Below, one piece after another: positions 9,435 through 18,576 of a DNA stretch of 32,000 bases. Every line of letters begins with the position of its first letter. The stretch's first letter is position 1. Origin of the DNA: Flavobacteriaceae bacterium (GTDB taxonomy: Bacteria; Bacteroidota; Bacteroidia; Flavobacteriales; Flavobacteriaceae); assembly GCA_965224465.1 (NCBI GenBank), contig OZ245049.1:990001-1022000 (forward strand). The letters are read 5' to 3'. Below the pieces are notes generated by a model. It was not told where the DNA came from and ran no database searches. It saw only the letters and a program-made list of their open reading frames with translations. The position numbers and the translations under genes were made by a program.

Positions 9435-10322
9435 ATGAAAAACATTGCAGTAATAGGTGCAGGAACAATGGGCAACGGTATAGCCCATGTATTTGCACAA
9501 GCTAATTTTAATGTACATTTAATTGATATCTCTGACCAAGCCATTGCAAAAGGTGTACAAACTATAGAGAAAAACCTCAATAGGTTATTAGCCAAAGAAC
9601 GGATTTCTGAATCTGAAAAAACAAGCACTCTTGCTAATATAGCAACATTTACTTCCCTAGAAAATGGTTTAAAAAACATGGATTTAGTAATTGAGGCTGC
9701 CACAGAAAACAGCGCGTTAAAACTTAAAATATTCAAGCAACTAGATGAAGTTTGTGACGAAAAAACAATCTTAGCTTCGAACACCTCCTCTATTTCCATT
9801 ACTAAAATAGCCGCTGCTACCAAAAGACCAGAAAAAGTAATTGGAATGCACTTTATGAATCCCGTTCCTGTCATGAAATTGGTAGAGATTATTAGAGGTT
9901 ACTCTACTTCAGACAAAGTCACTGAAACAATTATGAACCTATCAAAAAAACTTGGAAAAACACCTACAGAGGTAAATGATTATCCCGGTTTTGTAGCAAA
10001 TAGGATTTTAATACCAATGATTAACGAATCTATAGAAACACTTTACACAGGTGTTGCTGGCGTATCTGAAATAGATACCGTTATGAAATTAGGAATGGCA
10101 CATCCGATGGGTCCCTTACAATTGGCCGATTTTATTGGACTCGATGTCTGTCTCTCTATTTTGAACGAGCTGTTTGACGGCTTTAAAAATCCAAAATACG
10201 CACCATGTCCTTTATTAGTAAATATGGTAATGGCGGGGAAACTTGGCGTAAAATCTGGTGAAGGTTTTTATGACTATTCTCAAAGCAGAAAAGCTGAAAC
10301 TGTTGCCAATCAATTTTCTTAA
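9435..10322 (+). CDS. hbd: 3-hydroxybutyryl-CoA (3-hydroxyacyl-CoA) dehydrogenase
   Basis: NAD-binding motif IAVIGAGTMGNGIA, then SNTSS, GMHFMNPVPVMKLVEII and PGFVANRIL. The C-terminal domain contains MGPLQLADFIGLD. Confidence 0.9.
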   Translation: MKNIAVIGAGTMGNGIAHVFAQANFNVHLIDISDQAIAKGVQTIEKNLNRLLAKERISESEKTSTLANIATFTSLENGLKNMDLVIEAATENSALKLKIFKQLDEVCDEKTILASNTSSISITKIAAATKRPEKVIGMHFMNPVPVMKLVEIIRGYSTSDKVTETIMNLSKKLGKTPTEVNDYPGFVANRILIPMINESIETLYTGVAGVSEIDTVMKLGMAHPMGPLQLADFIGLDVCLSILNELFDGFKNPKYAPCPLLVNMVMAGKLGVKSGEGFYDYSQSRKAETVANQFS

Positions 10323-10361
10323 CATTTTTAATTGATTAGATTAGCACGTCACACCTTATTG

Positions 10362-10537
10362 TAATACCAAATACATTTCCAAGTGACAGTTTAGAAATGG
10401 AATTATTTTTTGTTTTAGCTAGACAAAAAATGGATGGATAGCATTGCTATCTTTCTATTTTTCAACAACGCCAGCACGTAAAACAACTTATTTATATCCG
10501 TCATTTTGGATTTTAATTAGCATAACTGGTATAACCT
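10362..10537 (+). repeat. MITE-like dispersed intergenic repeat, copy C (full length)
   Basis: TAATACCAAATACATTTCCAAGTGACAG...GATAGCATTGCTATC (internal hairpin)...TTCAACAACGCCAGCACGTAAAACAACTTATTTATATCCGTCATTTTGGATTTTAATTAGCATAACTGGTATAA. It is collinear with copy B. Confidence 0.7.
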
Positions 10538-10587
10538 CCGTGAGGTGAACCTACAATATACATTTCTTGTAATGAACAAATTAAGCA

Positions 10588-10620
10588 CAAAAAAAAAGCT
10601 GTATCGAATTCGATACAGCT
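10588..10620 (-). terminator. Rho-independent terminator of rpsA
   Basis: On the minus strand, AGCTGTATCGAATTCGATACAGCT is a perfect 24-nt palindrome followed by a run of nine T, 26 nt after the rpsA stop. Confidence 0.85.
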
Positions 10621-10645
10621 TTTTAAATTATAAGGGATTAGAAAA

Positions 10646-12496
10646 CTAGTTGTTTCCTTCTTCCATTTTCTTTTTAAGGGCCGCAAGACCAGAGATATCT
10701 CCAAGTGTAGTTTTTTCTGCACTTTCAGCTTTCTTTTGTGCTGCTTTGATATTTCTTTCTTCCTGAGCTTTAAATAATGAAGTGTGAGAAGCAACGATTC
10801 TTCTAAATTCTTTATTGAATTCGATAATCTTTACATCTACAGTTTCACCTTTTGTTAATTTAGAACCATCTTCCTTTTCAGTAAAACGACCTGGTACAAA
10901 AGCTTCAACTTCATCATTAAAAGTTACAACCGCTCCTTTATCAGACTTCTCTTTAACTACACAAGAGTGTACAGAGTCGATTGAATAAGTAGCTTCGTGA
11001 CCATCCCAAGGATTTTCAGTTGTTTGTTTGTGACCTAAGTTTAATTTACGTCCTTCAACATCCAATTCTAATACTTGTACTTCTAATTTATCACCTACGG
11101 CAACAAAATCAGATGGGTGTTTGATTTTCTTAGTCCAAGATAAGTCAGAAATGTAAACCAATCCGTCAATACCTTCTTCTAATTCAACAAATACTCCAAA
11201 GTTAGTATAGTTACGAACAGTACCTGTGTGAGTTGATCCCACTGGGTATTTAGACGTAATATCTGCCCATGGATCTGGGTGTAATTGTTTGATACCTAAA
11301 GACATTTTGCGTTCTTCACGATCTAAAGTTAAGATTTGAGCTTCAATCTCATCTCCAACTTTTACGAAATCTTGAGCAGAACGTAAATGAGTAGACCAAG
11401 ACATTTCAGAAACGTGAATCAATCCTTCAACACCTTTTTCAACTTCGATAAATGCACCGTAATCAGCGATTACAACAACTTTACCTTTTACATTGTCTCC
11501 AATAGCCAACTCAGTACTTAGAGCTTCCCATGGATGCGCATGTAATTGTTTTAATCCTAATTGAATTCTTGTTTTCTCATCATCGAAATCAAGGATTACA
11601 ACATTTAATTTTTGATCTAATTCAACCACTTCACTTGGGTGATTAATACGAGACCATGATAAATCTGTAATGTGAACTAATCCATCAACACCACCTAAAT
11701 CAACAAATACACCGTAAGAAGTAATGTTCTTCACAATACCTTCTAATACTTGTCCTTTTTCTAATTTACCAATAATTTCACGTTTTTGGATTTCGATATC
11801 AGCTTCAATAAGAGCTTTATGTGATACAACAACGTTTTTAAATTCGTGGTTTACTTTTACAACCTTGAATTCCATTGTTTTCTCTACATACTGATCGTAA
11901 TCTCTAATAGGTTTCACGTCAATTTGAGAACCTGGTAAGAATGCTTCAATACCAAATACGTCAACGATCATACCACCACGAGTTCTACATTTAACGAAAC
12001 CGTTTACTACTTCACCAGTTTCTGATGCAGAAATTACGCGATCCCATGCTTTGATTACACGTGCTTTTTTGTGAGACAATACTAATTGTCCAGTGCTATC
12101 TTCACGTTTATCAACCAATACCTCTACTACATCACCAACAGCTAATCCTGGGTTGTAACGGAATTCGTTTAATGAAATAACACCTTCTGATTTTGAGTTG
12201 ATATCAATGATAGCTTCACGATCAGACATTCTGATTACTGTTCCATCAATTACTTCACGCTCATTTACAAGCCCTAAAGTACCTTCTAAAGCTTTTTCAA
12301 ATGCATCTAATTTGTCTTGATCAACTGCCTCAATACCTTCTTCGTATTTGTGCCAGTCAAATGTACCCAAATCTGGATTTGCATTCTCAATTACTTTTTT
12401 AGTAATTTCTTTTGTTTCAGTAACTTCTTTTGTTACTTCGGTTGCTTGTACCTCTGGAGCTACTTGCTCCTCAGTTTTTTTTGTTTCTTCAGACAT
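10646..12496 (-). CDS. rpsA: 30S ribosomal protein S1
   Basis: Six tandem S1/OB repeats with recurring G..V.G.V..I..YGAFVD/E..G..GL.H.S..SW motifs. The 616-aa length and Lys/Glu-rich C-terminal tail fit what I recall of Bacteroidota S1. Confidence 0.97.
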   Translation of the reverse strand: MSEETKKTEEQVAPEVQATEVTKEVTETKEITKKVIENANPDLGTFDWHKYEEGIEAVDQDKLDAFEKALEGTLGLVNEREVIDGTVIRMSDREAIIDINSKSEGVISLNEFRYNPGLAVGDVVEVLVDKREDSTGQLVLSHKKARVIKAWDRVISASETGEVVNGFVKCRTRGGMIVDVFGIEAFLPGSQIDVKPIRDYDQYVEKTMEFKVVKVNHEFKNVVVSHKALIEADIEIQKREIIGKLEKGQVLEGIVKNITSYGVFVDLGGVDGLVHITDLSWSRINHPSEVVELDQKLNVVILDFDDEKTRIQLGLKQLHAHPWEALSTELAIGDNVKGKVVVIADYGAFIEVEKGVEGLIHVSEMSWSTHLRSAQDFVKVGDEIEAQILTLDREERKMSLGIKQLHPDPWADITSKYPVGSTHTGTVRNYTNFGVFVELEEGIDGLVYISDLSWTKKIKHPSDFVAVGDKLEVQVLELDVEGRKLNLGHKQTTENPWDGHEATYSIDSVHSCVVKEKSDKGAVVTFNDEVEAFVPGRFTEKEDGSKLTKGETVDVKIIEFNKEFRRIVASHTSLFKAQEERNIKAAQKKAESAEKTTLGDISGLAALKKKMEEGNN

Positions 12497-12618
12497 CTTG
12501 CTGAGTTACTATTTGTATCCTACCTTGTATTAAGTTATTAGACGGAAACGATGGTAAGAGTTGTTTATATAAAAAATATGTAATCCCTTTTTATAACTTT
12601 TATCCGTAAAAAGGTCTG

Positions 12619-12626
12619 CAAATTTA
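12619..12626 (-). promoter_or_regulatory. Candidate -7 box (TAAATTTG on the minus strand) for rpsA
   Basis: TAnnTTTG match about 120 nt upstream of the rpsA ATG, which implies a long leader. Confidence 0.4.
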
Positions 12627-12862
12627 CGATATTATTTTTAATCTAACAAATTGGTTATAGAGGTATTAGAATTTATTATGGAGAACTTAGTATTGCGTTC
12701 TCTATAGACAAGAAAACATAGGACATCAGAAACCTTCATATACGTTATAAGCTCAAAGTCTCCTATTCTATTTGCTCTTTGACAGGAATTGGTTGGCAAA
12801 AATTGAATGTAAGAAAACAGGCTCATTTTAAATCAGTTCCATTCACATTCACCTCCTTACAA

Positions 12863-13612
12863 CTAACTATCCAACCAACTCTTAAAATCACGAACACGTT
12901 CCCTACTTACAATAATACTTTCTTCTGAATAGGAATTTAATTTTAATTGCAAACGACTGTTTGTATAGGATATAATATCATGTATATAATTAATATTCAC
13001 AAAATAGGTCCTGTTCACACGGTAAAACAATTTGGGGTTCAACAAATCCGTCAGTTGCTCCAGAGACATGTCTAGCAAATAACTCCGTTTATCATTGGTA
13101 TACATATAAGTACTCTTGTTTTCGGAATAAAAACATTCAATACTTTGCACAGGAATCAATTTAATACGCTGTCCTATTTTTACAGAGAATCGTGTTTTAT
13201 AAGACGCAATGGCAGGCTGTAATAACGCTTTTAATTCGTTGATCTGCACCGATGCGTGTTGCTTTTGTAGCGTTGTATATTTTTGAATAGCCATTGCTAG
13301 CTCTTGATCATCAATAGGTTTTAATAAATAGTCAATACTATTTAACTTAAACGCTTTTAAGGCATACTCATCATAAGCGGTGGTAAAAATAATGGCGCTC
13401 TGGATATCAACTTCTTCAAAAATTTCGAAAGACAAACCATCCGACAATTGAATATCTAAAAATATAATATCGGGGTGCACATTTGCATCAAACCAATCAA
13501 TGGCTGTTTCTACAGAATGTAACATGGTAATCACATTTATTTCTAGCTTCGTAAGCATCCGTTCTAAACGTCTTGCAGCTGGTTTTTCGTCTTCTACTAT
13601 TACTACATTCAT
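12863..13612 (-). CDS. LytTR/AlgR-family two-component response regulator
   Basis: Receiver domain (VVIVEDEKPAARRL, phospho-acceptor context IIFLDIQLSDG, TTAYDEYALKAF) followed by a C-terminal LytTR DNA-binding domain (FYRVNRTYFVNINYI). Confidence 0.92.
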   Translation of the reverse strand: MNVVIVEDEKPAARRLERMLTKLEINVITMLHSVETAIDWFDANVHPDIIFLDIQLSDGLSFEIFEEVDIQSAIIFTTAYDEYALKAFKLNSIDYLLKPIDDQELAMAIQKYTTLQKQHASVQINELKALLQPAIASYKTRFSVKIGQRIKLIPVQSIECFYSENKSTYMYTNDKRSYLLDMSLEQLTDLLNPKLFYRVNRTYFVNINYIHDIISYTNSRLQLKLNSYSEESIIVSRERVRDFKSWLDS

Positions 13613-13660
13613 TTTAAATGATCGGTTTGTTTATTATTTAATTTGTTTTTATCCAGTCCT

Positions 13661-13801
13661 TATACCAATTACAATCCTATCTATTATACCAATTACAATC
13701 CAAAATGACCGATATAAATAGTTTATTTTGCGTGCTAGCGTTGTTAAAAACAGAAAATAATTCCATTTCTAAACCTTCATTTGGAAATGTATTTGGTATT
13801 A
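13661..13801 (-). repeat. MITE-like dispersed intergenic repeat, copy D (reverse orientation, lacks the internal hairpin module)
   Basis: The reverse complement reads TAATACCAAATACATTTCCAAATGAAGG...AACAACGCTAGCACGCAAAATAAACTATTTATATCGGTCATTTTGGATTGTAATTGGTATAATAGATAGGATTGTAATTGGTATAAG. The roughly 50-bp AGCTAG...CTATTTT module of copies B and C is missing and the 3' TIR is duplicated. Confidence 0.7.
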
Positions 13802-14116
13802 CTCCCAATATTCCGTTTTATCTCGATTCATAATTTCTTTTATTTTATGATCCTCCCACTGTTTCCCCAAAATAACATCCATTCCAAAAACTCCAAACCC
13901 ATGAAAAAACACACCTATTCCCCAGAAAAACCATGTCCCATAAGAACCCAATTCCCAAAGAAAGCTAAAACCTCCATCTGACACAAATTTTGATATAAAT
14001 ATAAAAATATTTACGCCAAGATAGATCAAAAAATGAATGTAAAAACCTTTGATCTCTTTCACTTTCTTTTTTGCTCGTATATATTTTTCTTCCTCTGTAA
14101 ATTCTATTTTCTCCAT
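13799..14116 (-). CDS. 2TM-domain small membrane protein
   Basis: KKVKEIKGFYIHFLIYLGVNIFIFI, then a second hydrophobic segment WFFWGIGVFFHGFGVF, then the WEDHKIKEIM tail. The same architecture is fused to the C-terminus of the adjacent kinase. Confidence 0.8.
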   Translation of the reverse strand: MEKIEFTEEEKYIRAKKKVKEIKGFYIHFLIYLGVNIFIFISKFVSDGGFSFLWELGSYGTWFFWGIGVFFHGFGVFGMDVILGKQWEDHKIKEIMNRDKTEYWE

Positions 14117-14127
14117 AATTTTACTTT

Positions 14128-14470
14128 TTAATGATTTGACTTTTTCATGTACTCCTTAATTTTTTTATCTTCCCATTCTTTTCCATTTAGAAGTATCGTA
14201 TAAAGGCATCTTCCCTAAAAAACGGCACCAGTCCCCTATAGTATCTCATCGAGAAAACAACTCCATAAAAACCTTGAAACACATTCAAATATACTAGGAA
14301 TCAACAATCTCAACCCAAGGGCACGAGCTATACTTCCGAAAGACTGTTTTTATATTTCGGGGCTAGAGCTCGTGGAATTAACCCCACAATAAGGAATTAC
14401 ACAACTACAAATAATACAATGCGCATAAAACTCATTTAAATCACCCTTCTTATCCCCCTTAAAAACACTC
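14128..14470 (-). pseudogene. Decayed 2TM-domain gene relic
   Basis: Hand translation of the minus strand gives ..KGDKKGDLNEFYAHCIICSCVIPYCGVN..stop at the 5' side and ..ILLNGKEWEDKKIKEYMKKSNH-stop (TAA at 14128-14130) at the 3' side, in different frames and with in-frame stops between them. There is no ORF of 60 aa or more here. Confidence 0.5.
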
Positions 14471-14478
14471 CTCTTCTA

Positions 14479-15813
14479 TTATTCCCACATTTGGGCATCT
14501 TCTTTGTCCATAAATTCTTTGATCTTTTTTTCTTCCCAATCTCCACCAAATAATGGATGGTAACTAAAAGCTTTAAATCCTTGAAAGATCAATCCTATCC
14601 CCCATCCTATCCCCGCAAACCAAAACCACTGAAAGGTATGAGGTGTATATCTATAATAAATAAACACCAAAAACGGAATAACTAAAACATATGCGAATAA
14701 ACTACTATAAAAGCCTTTGATTTTATTGACCCGCTCCACTGCTTTTAAATATCTTTGATTGTTTGATTCAATAATTTTAACTTTTTTTGATTTTTTGGTC
14801 AGTAATGGTAAGCTCACAATAAACTGAGCATTACTTTTTGAAATTGTCACCTTCTTTTGTGTAATCAACTTATAACGATCTATAATATTTTTAAGTCCCA
14901 CTTTTGTTCCTTTTTCTAAACTTGCTTTTGGATTGTAATTATTACTCACAACCAAATAGCCATTGTGCTCCACAATTTCAATACTTAGTGGTGTATGTTC
15001 CGATACACTATTGTGTTTTACTGCATTTTCTAATAACAATTGCAACGAAAGTGGTAAGATCTTTAAAGCTGGATTGCTCACTTTTTCTGGAACAGCATAG
15101 ATTACAGCATCCTCAAACCGCATTTTCAACAAGTCCATATATACTCTGGCAAAATCCAATTCTTCTTCCAAGGGCACCAAATCCTTGTTTTTTTGCTCCA
15201 ACACATACCTATAAACTTTAGATAATTTGGTTGTGAATTTTTCTGCCTGTTCAGGGTTTTCTCCTATTAAAGCCGTTAATACATTTAAACTATTGAATAA
15301 AAAATGTGGATCTATCTGACTTTTTAAAGATTCGTATTTAGCAGTTTCTGTTTTAGCTACTATTTGATGTTCTTTTACTTTTTTCTCGTTTAACTCTTTA
15401 TAAAAATAGATTAAATGAAAAACTAAAAGAATCAACACAGAAATAATCAACCCAAAAACATAAGAAGCAGGATGCTGTTTATTTATAAATTTTTCTACAG
15501 TGTTTCCAAAAATTAATACTGAAGTCACAAAATTAAGTAGCCCTAAACAAATCAAAGTAAGGACTATCGAATACACAAAATTTAGAATCAAATTTTTCTT
15601 AGGAGCTTCTTCCCATGAACTCTTCTTTTTCAAATAAGCAAACAATGCCATATTAGAAAAACCAATTACAAACGAATACATTTGATAAATAAAAAACAAT
15701 TTTAATAGTTTCTCTAAGTTTTCAAAAACATCTCCAAACATAAGTGTAGACAAAATCTGAATCCCTATTCCTATAAAAAAGCAAAGTAAAATTTTCTTAA
15801 ACCATGAATTCAT
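14479..15813 (-). CDS. LytS/YehU-type sensor histidine kinase with a C-terminal fused 2TM domain
   Basis: N-terminal multi-TM sensor region. His_kinase H-box QIDPHFLFNSLNVLTALI and an ATPase-like region (LLENAVKHN...VGLKNI). A C-terminal 2TM module follows (KIKGFYSSLFAYVLVIPFLVF...WGIGLIFQGFKAF...WEEKKIKEFM). Confidence 0.88.
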   Translation of the reverse strand: MNSWFKKILLCFFIGIGIQILSTLMFGDVFENLEKLLKLFFIYQMYSFVIGFSNMALFAYLKKKSSWEEAPKKNLILNFVYSIVLTLICLGLLNFVTSVLIFGNTVEKFINKQHPASYVFGLIISVLILLVFHLIYFYKELNEKKVKEHQIVAKTETAKYESLKSQIDPHFLFNSLNVLTALIGENPEQAEKFTTKLSKVYRYVLEQKNKDLVPLEEELDFARVYMDLLKMRFEDAVIYAVPEKVSNPALKILPLSLQLLLENAVKHNSVSEHTPLSIEIVEHNGYLVVSNNYNPKASLEKGTKVGLKNIIDRYKLITQKKVTISKSNAQFIVSLPLLTKKSKKVKIIESNNQRYLKAVERVNKIKGFYSSLFAYVLVIPFLVFIYYRYTPHTFQWFWFAGIGWGIGLIFQGFKAFSYHPLFGGDWEEKKIKEFMDKEDAQMWE

Positions 15814-16117
15814 AAAAATTTATTTTAATTTTAGTTGATGCAAGTTATAGTAAATCACCTACAATACTATCATCTATTTAAAACCTTCTGTTTTGTTCTA
15901 AATCTATGCTAGAAAGTTCAAACTTTAAAAACTTGTAGGATTGAGCCTAGATACATTATGCTGGATATCTATAAATTATAGAATAATAATGATAATGATC
16001 CATGTAATCATAATTGGTGTTTATTACTGGTGCAAACATAGAGCTCGTTAAGCCTATTTTAAATATAAAGCTACCGAATTGTCAATTTTAAATGATGAAC
16101 TGTACGTCCATTAACCC

Positions 16118-17296
16118 CTAAGCCAATTGGTGTAAGTTTCTCTTAAATAATGGAATCGAAACCAGTAACATCACTCCTCCAATCCCTAACAAAACAAGCA
16201 TTCGGGGAAGAATTTCTATAAAAGACAAATCTCTCCAAAAGATATCATAAAAACCTTGAATCGCCCAATAATTTAAACTTACCACCGCTATTTTCTGCAT
16301 AAATACAGGCATTATAAATAATGGAATCATACTTCCTCCCAAAGCAGACATCGTCATAATAATTAGGGTAGAAATACCATTTAACTGCTGTCTAGTTTTT
16401 ACGATGGATGCTAAAAAAACACCAAAACTAGAAACTGCGAATGCCGTACAAAATAGCATTGCCAATAGAGAAGTCACCGATTTAAAAATATGTAAATCAA
16501 AAGCAATCCATGCAAACAAAAACATTACAAAAAGCTGAAAAACAGACACACATACCGACATTAATAATTTACCGAACAACAAATCCAGGGGTTTTATAGG
16601 CGCTACAATTAAACGCTTAAAGGTGCCATTTTCTTTTTCGTCTAACAAGCCTCCCCCTATTGCCACAATACTAAAAAGCAACATCATAATGGCTGTACCT
16701 ACCACGGCTTGTATCAATCCTAAGCGATCCTTATCTTCTACATTTTTACGTATCGAAATCAGTTTCAATTCTGATGACAGAAAAGTTTCGCTCACCTCCT
16801 TTTTTATCTTTTCTTTTAATTTAACAGGCTTTCCTACAAGTTTTTCTTCAAAAAAACCAATCATTTTACGCTGCATTATATGCTGTTGTAAAATCCCCTC
16901 TAAAAAACCAATTTGTATCATTTTTGAAGCATCTATATACAATTTGTAGTTCCACCCCTTCTTTCCTTTTACAGAAACACTATCCAAACGCACTACTAAT
17001 TGAGCTACATAACTTCCTTTCCTAACCAAACGCTGTCCTTCTTGCAGCGGTTTCTCTATCAATATTAAGTGAGAAACCGTCCTTAAACCATCTAAGAAAT
17101 TAGTGATTTCAATGCTACTATTCTCGGAAGTAACAATCAATTTAATAGGCGCCATTTTAGCGTTTGACTTTCCTATTCCTCCAAATGCAAATGCAAATAA
17201 AGTAATGAGTATAATTGGTAATAAAAAAGTAAGTAACACCCCTTTTTTATCCTTTAAAAATAATTTAATATCCTTGGCTGCTATAATTCGTATCAT
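16118..17296 (-). CDS. ABC-2-type transporter permease
   Basis: N-terminal TM helix, a large extracytoplasmic loop, then five to six C-terminal TM helices. Lies 2 nt downstream of the ABC ATPase gene. Confidence 0.85.
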   Translation of the reverse strand: MIRIIAAKDIKLFLKDKKGVLLTFLLPIILITLFAFAFGGIGKSNAKMAPIKLIVTSENSSIEITNFLDGLRTVSHLILIEKPLQEGQRLVRKGSYVAQLVVRLDSVSVKGKKGWNYKLYIDASKMIQIGFLEGILQQHIMQRKMIGFFEEKLVGKPVKLKEKIKKEVSETFLSSELKLISIRKNVEDKDRLGLIQAVVGTAIMMLLFSIVAIGGGLLDEKENGTFKRLIVAPIKPLDLLFGKLLMSVCVSVFQLFVMFLFAWIAFDLHIFKSVTSLLAMLFCTAFAVSSFGVFLASIVKTRQQLNGISTLIIMTMSALGGSMIPLFIMPVFMQKIAVVSLNYWAIQGFYDIFWRDLSFIEILPRMLVLLGIGGVMLLVSIPLFKRNLHQLA

Positions 17297-17298
17297 CT

Positions 17299-18210
17299 TT
17301 AGTCTCTTAAGTTAGTACCTGTTAATTCCATAAATAATTGTTCCAGATTTGGCTGTAAAAATTCGATATTTAAAATTTTAAGCCCTGCTATATTCAATAG
17401 ATGTAATACATTTGTGAGCGCTTCATCTTTAGAACAATGAAGCAACAATGTTCCATCTTTCAATTCGTATTTAACAGGTAATTCTACATTAAAATCAACC
17501 AGTAATTCTTGAAACGAAATAATAATTCCCCCTGTATTTGAAGTTGTCTTTAACAATTCATCTAAGGTACCCTGTACTAAGATTTTCCCTTTATCAATAA
17601 TAGCAATCTGAGAACATAACCGCTCTACTTCTTCCATATAATGGGTAGAATATACTATGGTAGTGCCGCTTTCTTTCAACTTTTCAATAATTTCAAATAT
17701 TCGAATTCTACTTTGTGGATCAATCCCTACGGTTGGTTCATCCATTAAAACCACCGCAGGTTTATGTAACAACGCAACAGCAATATTTACACGTCGTTTC
17801 ATCCCTCCTGAATAGGTTTTTACTAAATCATTTTTACGAGATTCCAAACCTACCAACACCAATAATTCGGTGATACGTTCCTCCAGTAACCTACCTTTTA
17901 ACTTATATAAACTTCCAAAAAACCGTAAATTTTCAACCGCAGAAAAGGCTTCGTATAAAGCAATTTCTTGAGGAACAAATCCCAAGTTTTGTTGTGTATG
18001 TAATTTGTTTTTTAAAATATCTTTTTCATTTAAAAACACCTTACCTGAAGAAGCCTGCAAAAAACCACTTAACAAATGCATAAGGGAAGATTTCCCTGCT
18101 CCATTAGGTCCTAACAACCCAAAAACTGCTCCTTTAGGAATTGTCATATTCAACCCTTTAAATACTTGATGCGTGCCGTAACACATGGAAACATCTTGAA
18201 ATTGTATCAT
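17299..18210 (-). CDS. ABC transporter ATP-binding protein (ABC-2 exporter type with C-terminal extension)
   Basis: Walker A GLLGPNGAGKSS, Q-loop, signature YSGGMKRRVNIAVAL, Walker B VVLMDEPTVGIDP and H-loop STHYMEE. Confidence 0.95.
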   Translation of the reverse strand: MIQFQDVSMCYGTHQVFKGLNMTIPKGAVFGLLGPNGAGKSSLMHLLSGFLQASSGKVFLNEKDILKNKLHTQQNLGFVPQEIALYEAFSAVENLRFFGSLYKLKGRLLEERITELLVLVGLESRKNDLVKTYSGGMKRRVNIAVALLHKPAVVLMDEPTVGIDPQSRIRIFEIIEKLKESGTTIVYSTHYMEEVERLCSQIAIIDKGKILVQGTLDELLKTTSNTGGIIISFQELLVDFNVELPVKYELKDGTLLLHCSKDEALTNVLHLLNIAGLKILNIEFLQPNLEQLFMELTGTNLRD

Positions 18211-18492
18211 TTTTCTCGAATTTTAGTTCCACAAATATCCTTAAGTAATTCCCTGAGTACAATTAATCAATACCGAGTTGTAGTTTTGAATTGTTGAACT
18301 GTAAAAAAAAGCACAACAAGATTCCCAAACAGTATCAAACGTCTATAAAACACTTCAAGAATACGGGGGTTTACTGAAAAATAATACTTGTTTCCTTCAA
18401 AAATCCCCCTTTAGAAACACGGAGACTTCTATAAAAAAAGTAATAAAACACCTAGAGATGACTTCCTAGATAAGGATCAAACCTTTTTTAAA

Positions 18493-18546
18493 CAAAAAAA
18501 CTTGATTTAAAGTTCCTTTTCACTAAAAAAAGAACCTTAAATCAAG
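18493..18546 (-). terminator. Rho-independent terminator after the 508-aa gene
   Basis: Minus strand reads CTTGATTTAAGGTTC-(16-nt loop)-GAACTTTAAATCAAG, with 14 of 15 positions paired, followed by TTTTTTTGTTT. Confidence 0.75.
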
Positions 18547-18576
18547 CAGGTAAAAAACTAGCTAGAATGGAATTAA

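Noticed and set aside
10513-12541. ORFs 10513-10794 (-), 12317-12541 (+) and 12348-12533 (+) around rpsA
   Set aside because: They are alternative-frame or antisense shadows of rpsA and of the MITE/terminator spacer. The translations are Phe/Lys-rich nonsense with no start context.
13661-13700. Short tandem duplication TATACCAATTACAATCC..TATACCAATTACAATCC, considered as a possible CRISPR or tandem-repeat array
   Set aside because: There are only two units and they correspond to a duplicated terminal inverted repeat of the MITE. There is no spacer-repeat periodicity anywhere in the window.
13500-13981. ORFs 13500-13721 (+) and 13781-13981 (+)
   Set aside because: They are antisense to the LytTR and 2TM genes and run through the MITE copy. 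They are shadow ORFs.
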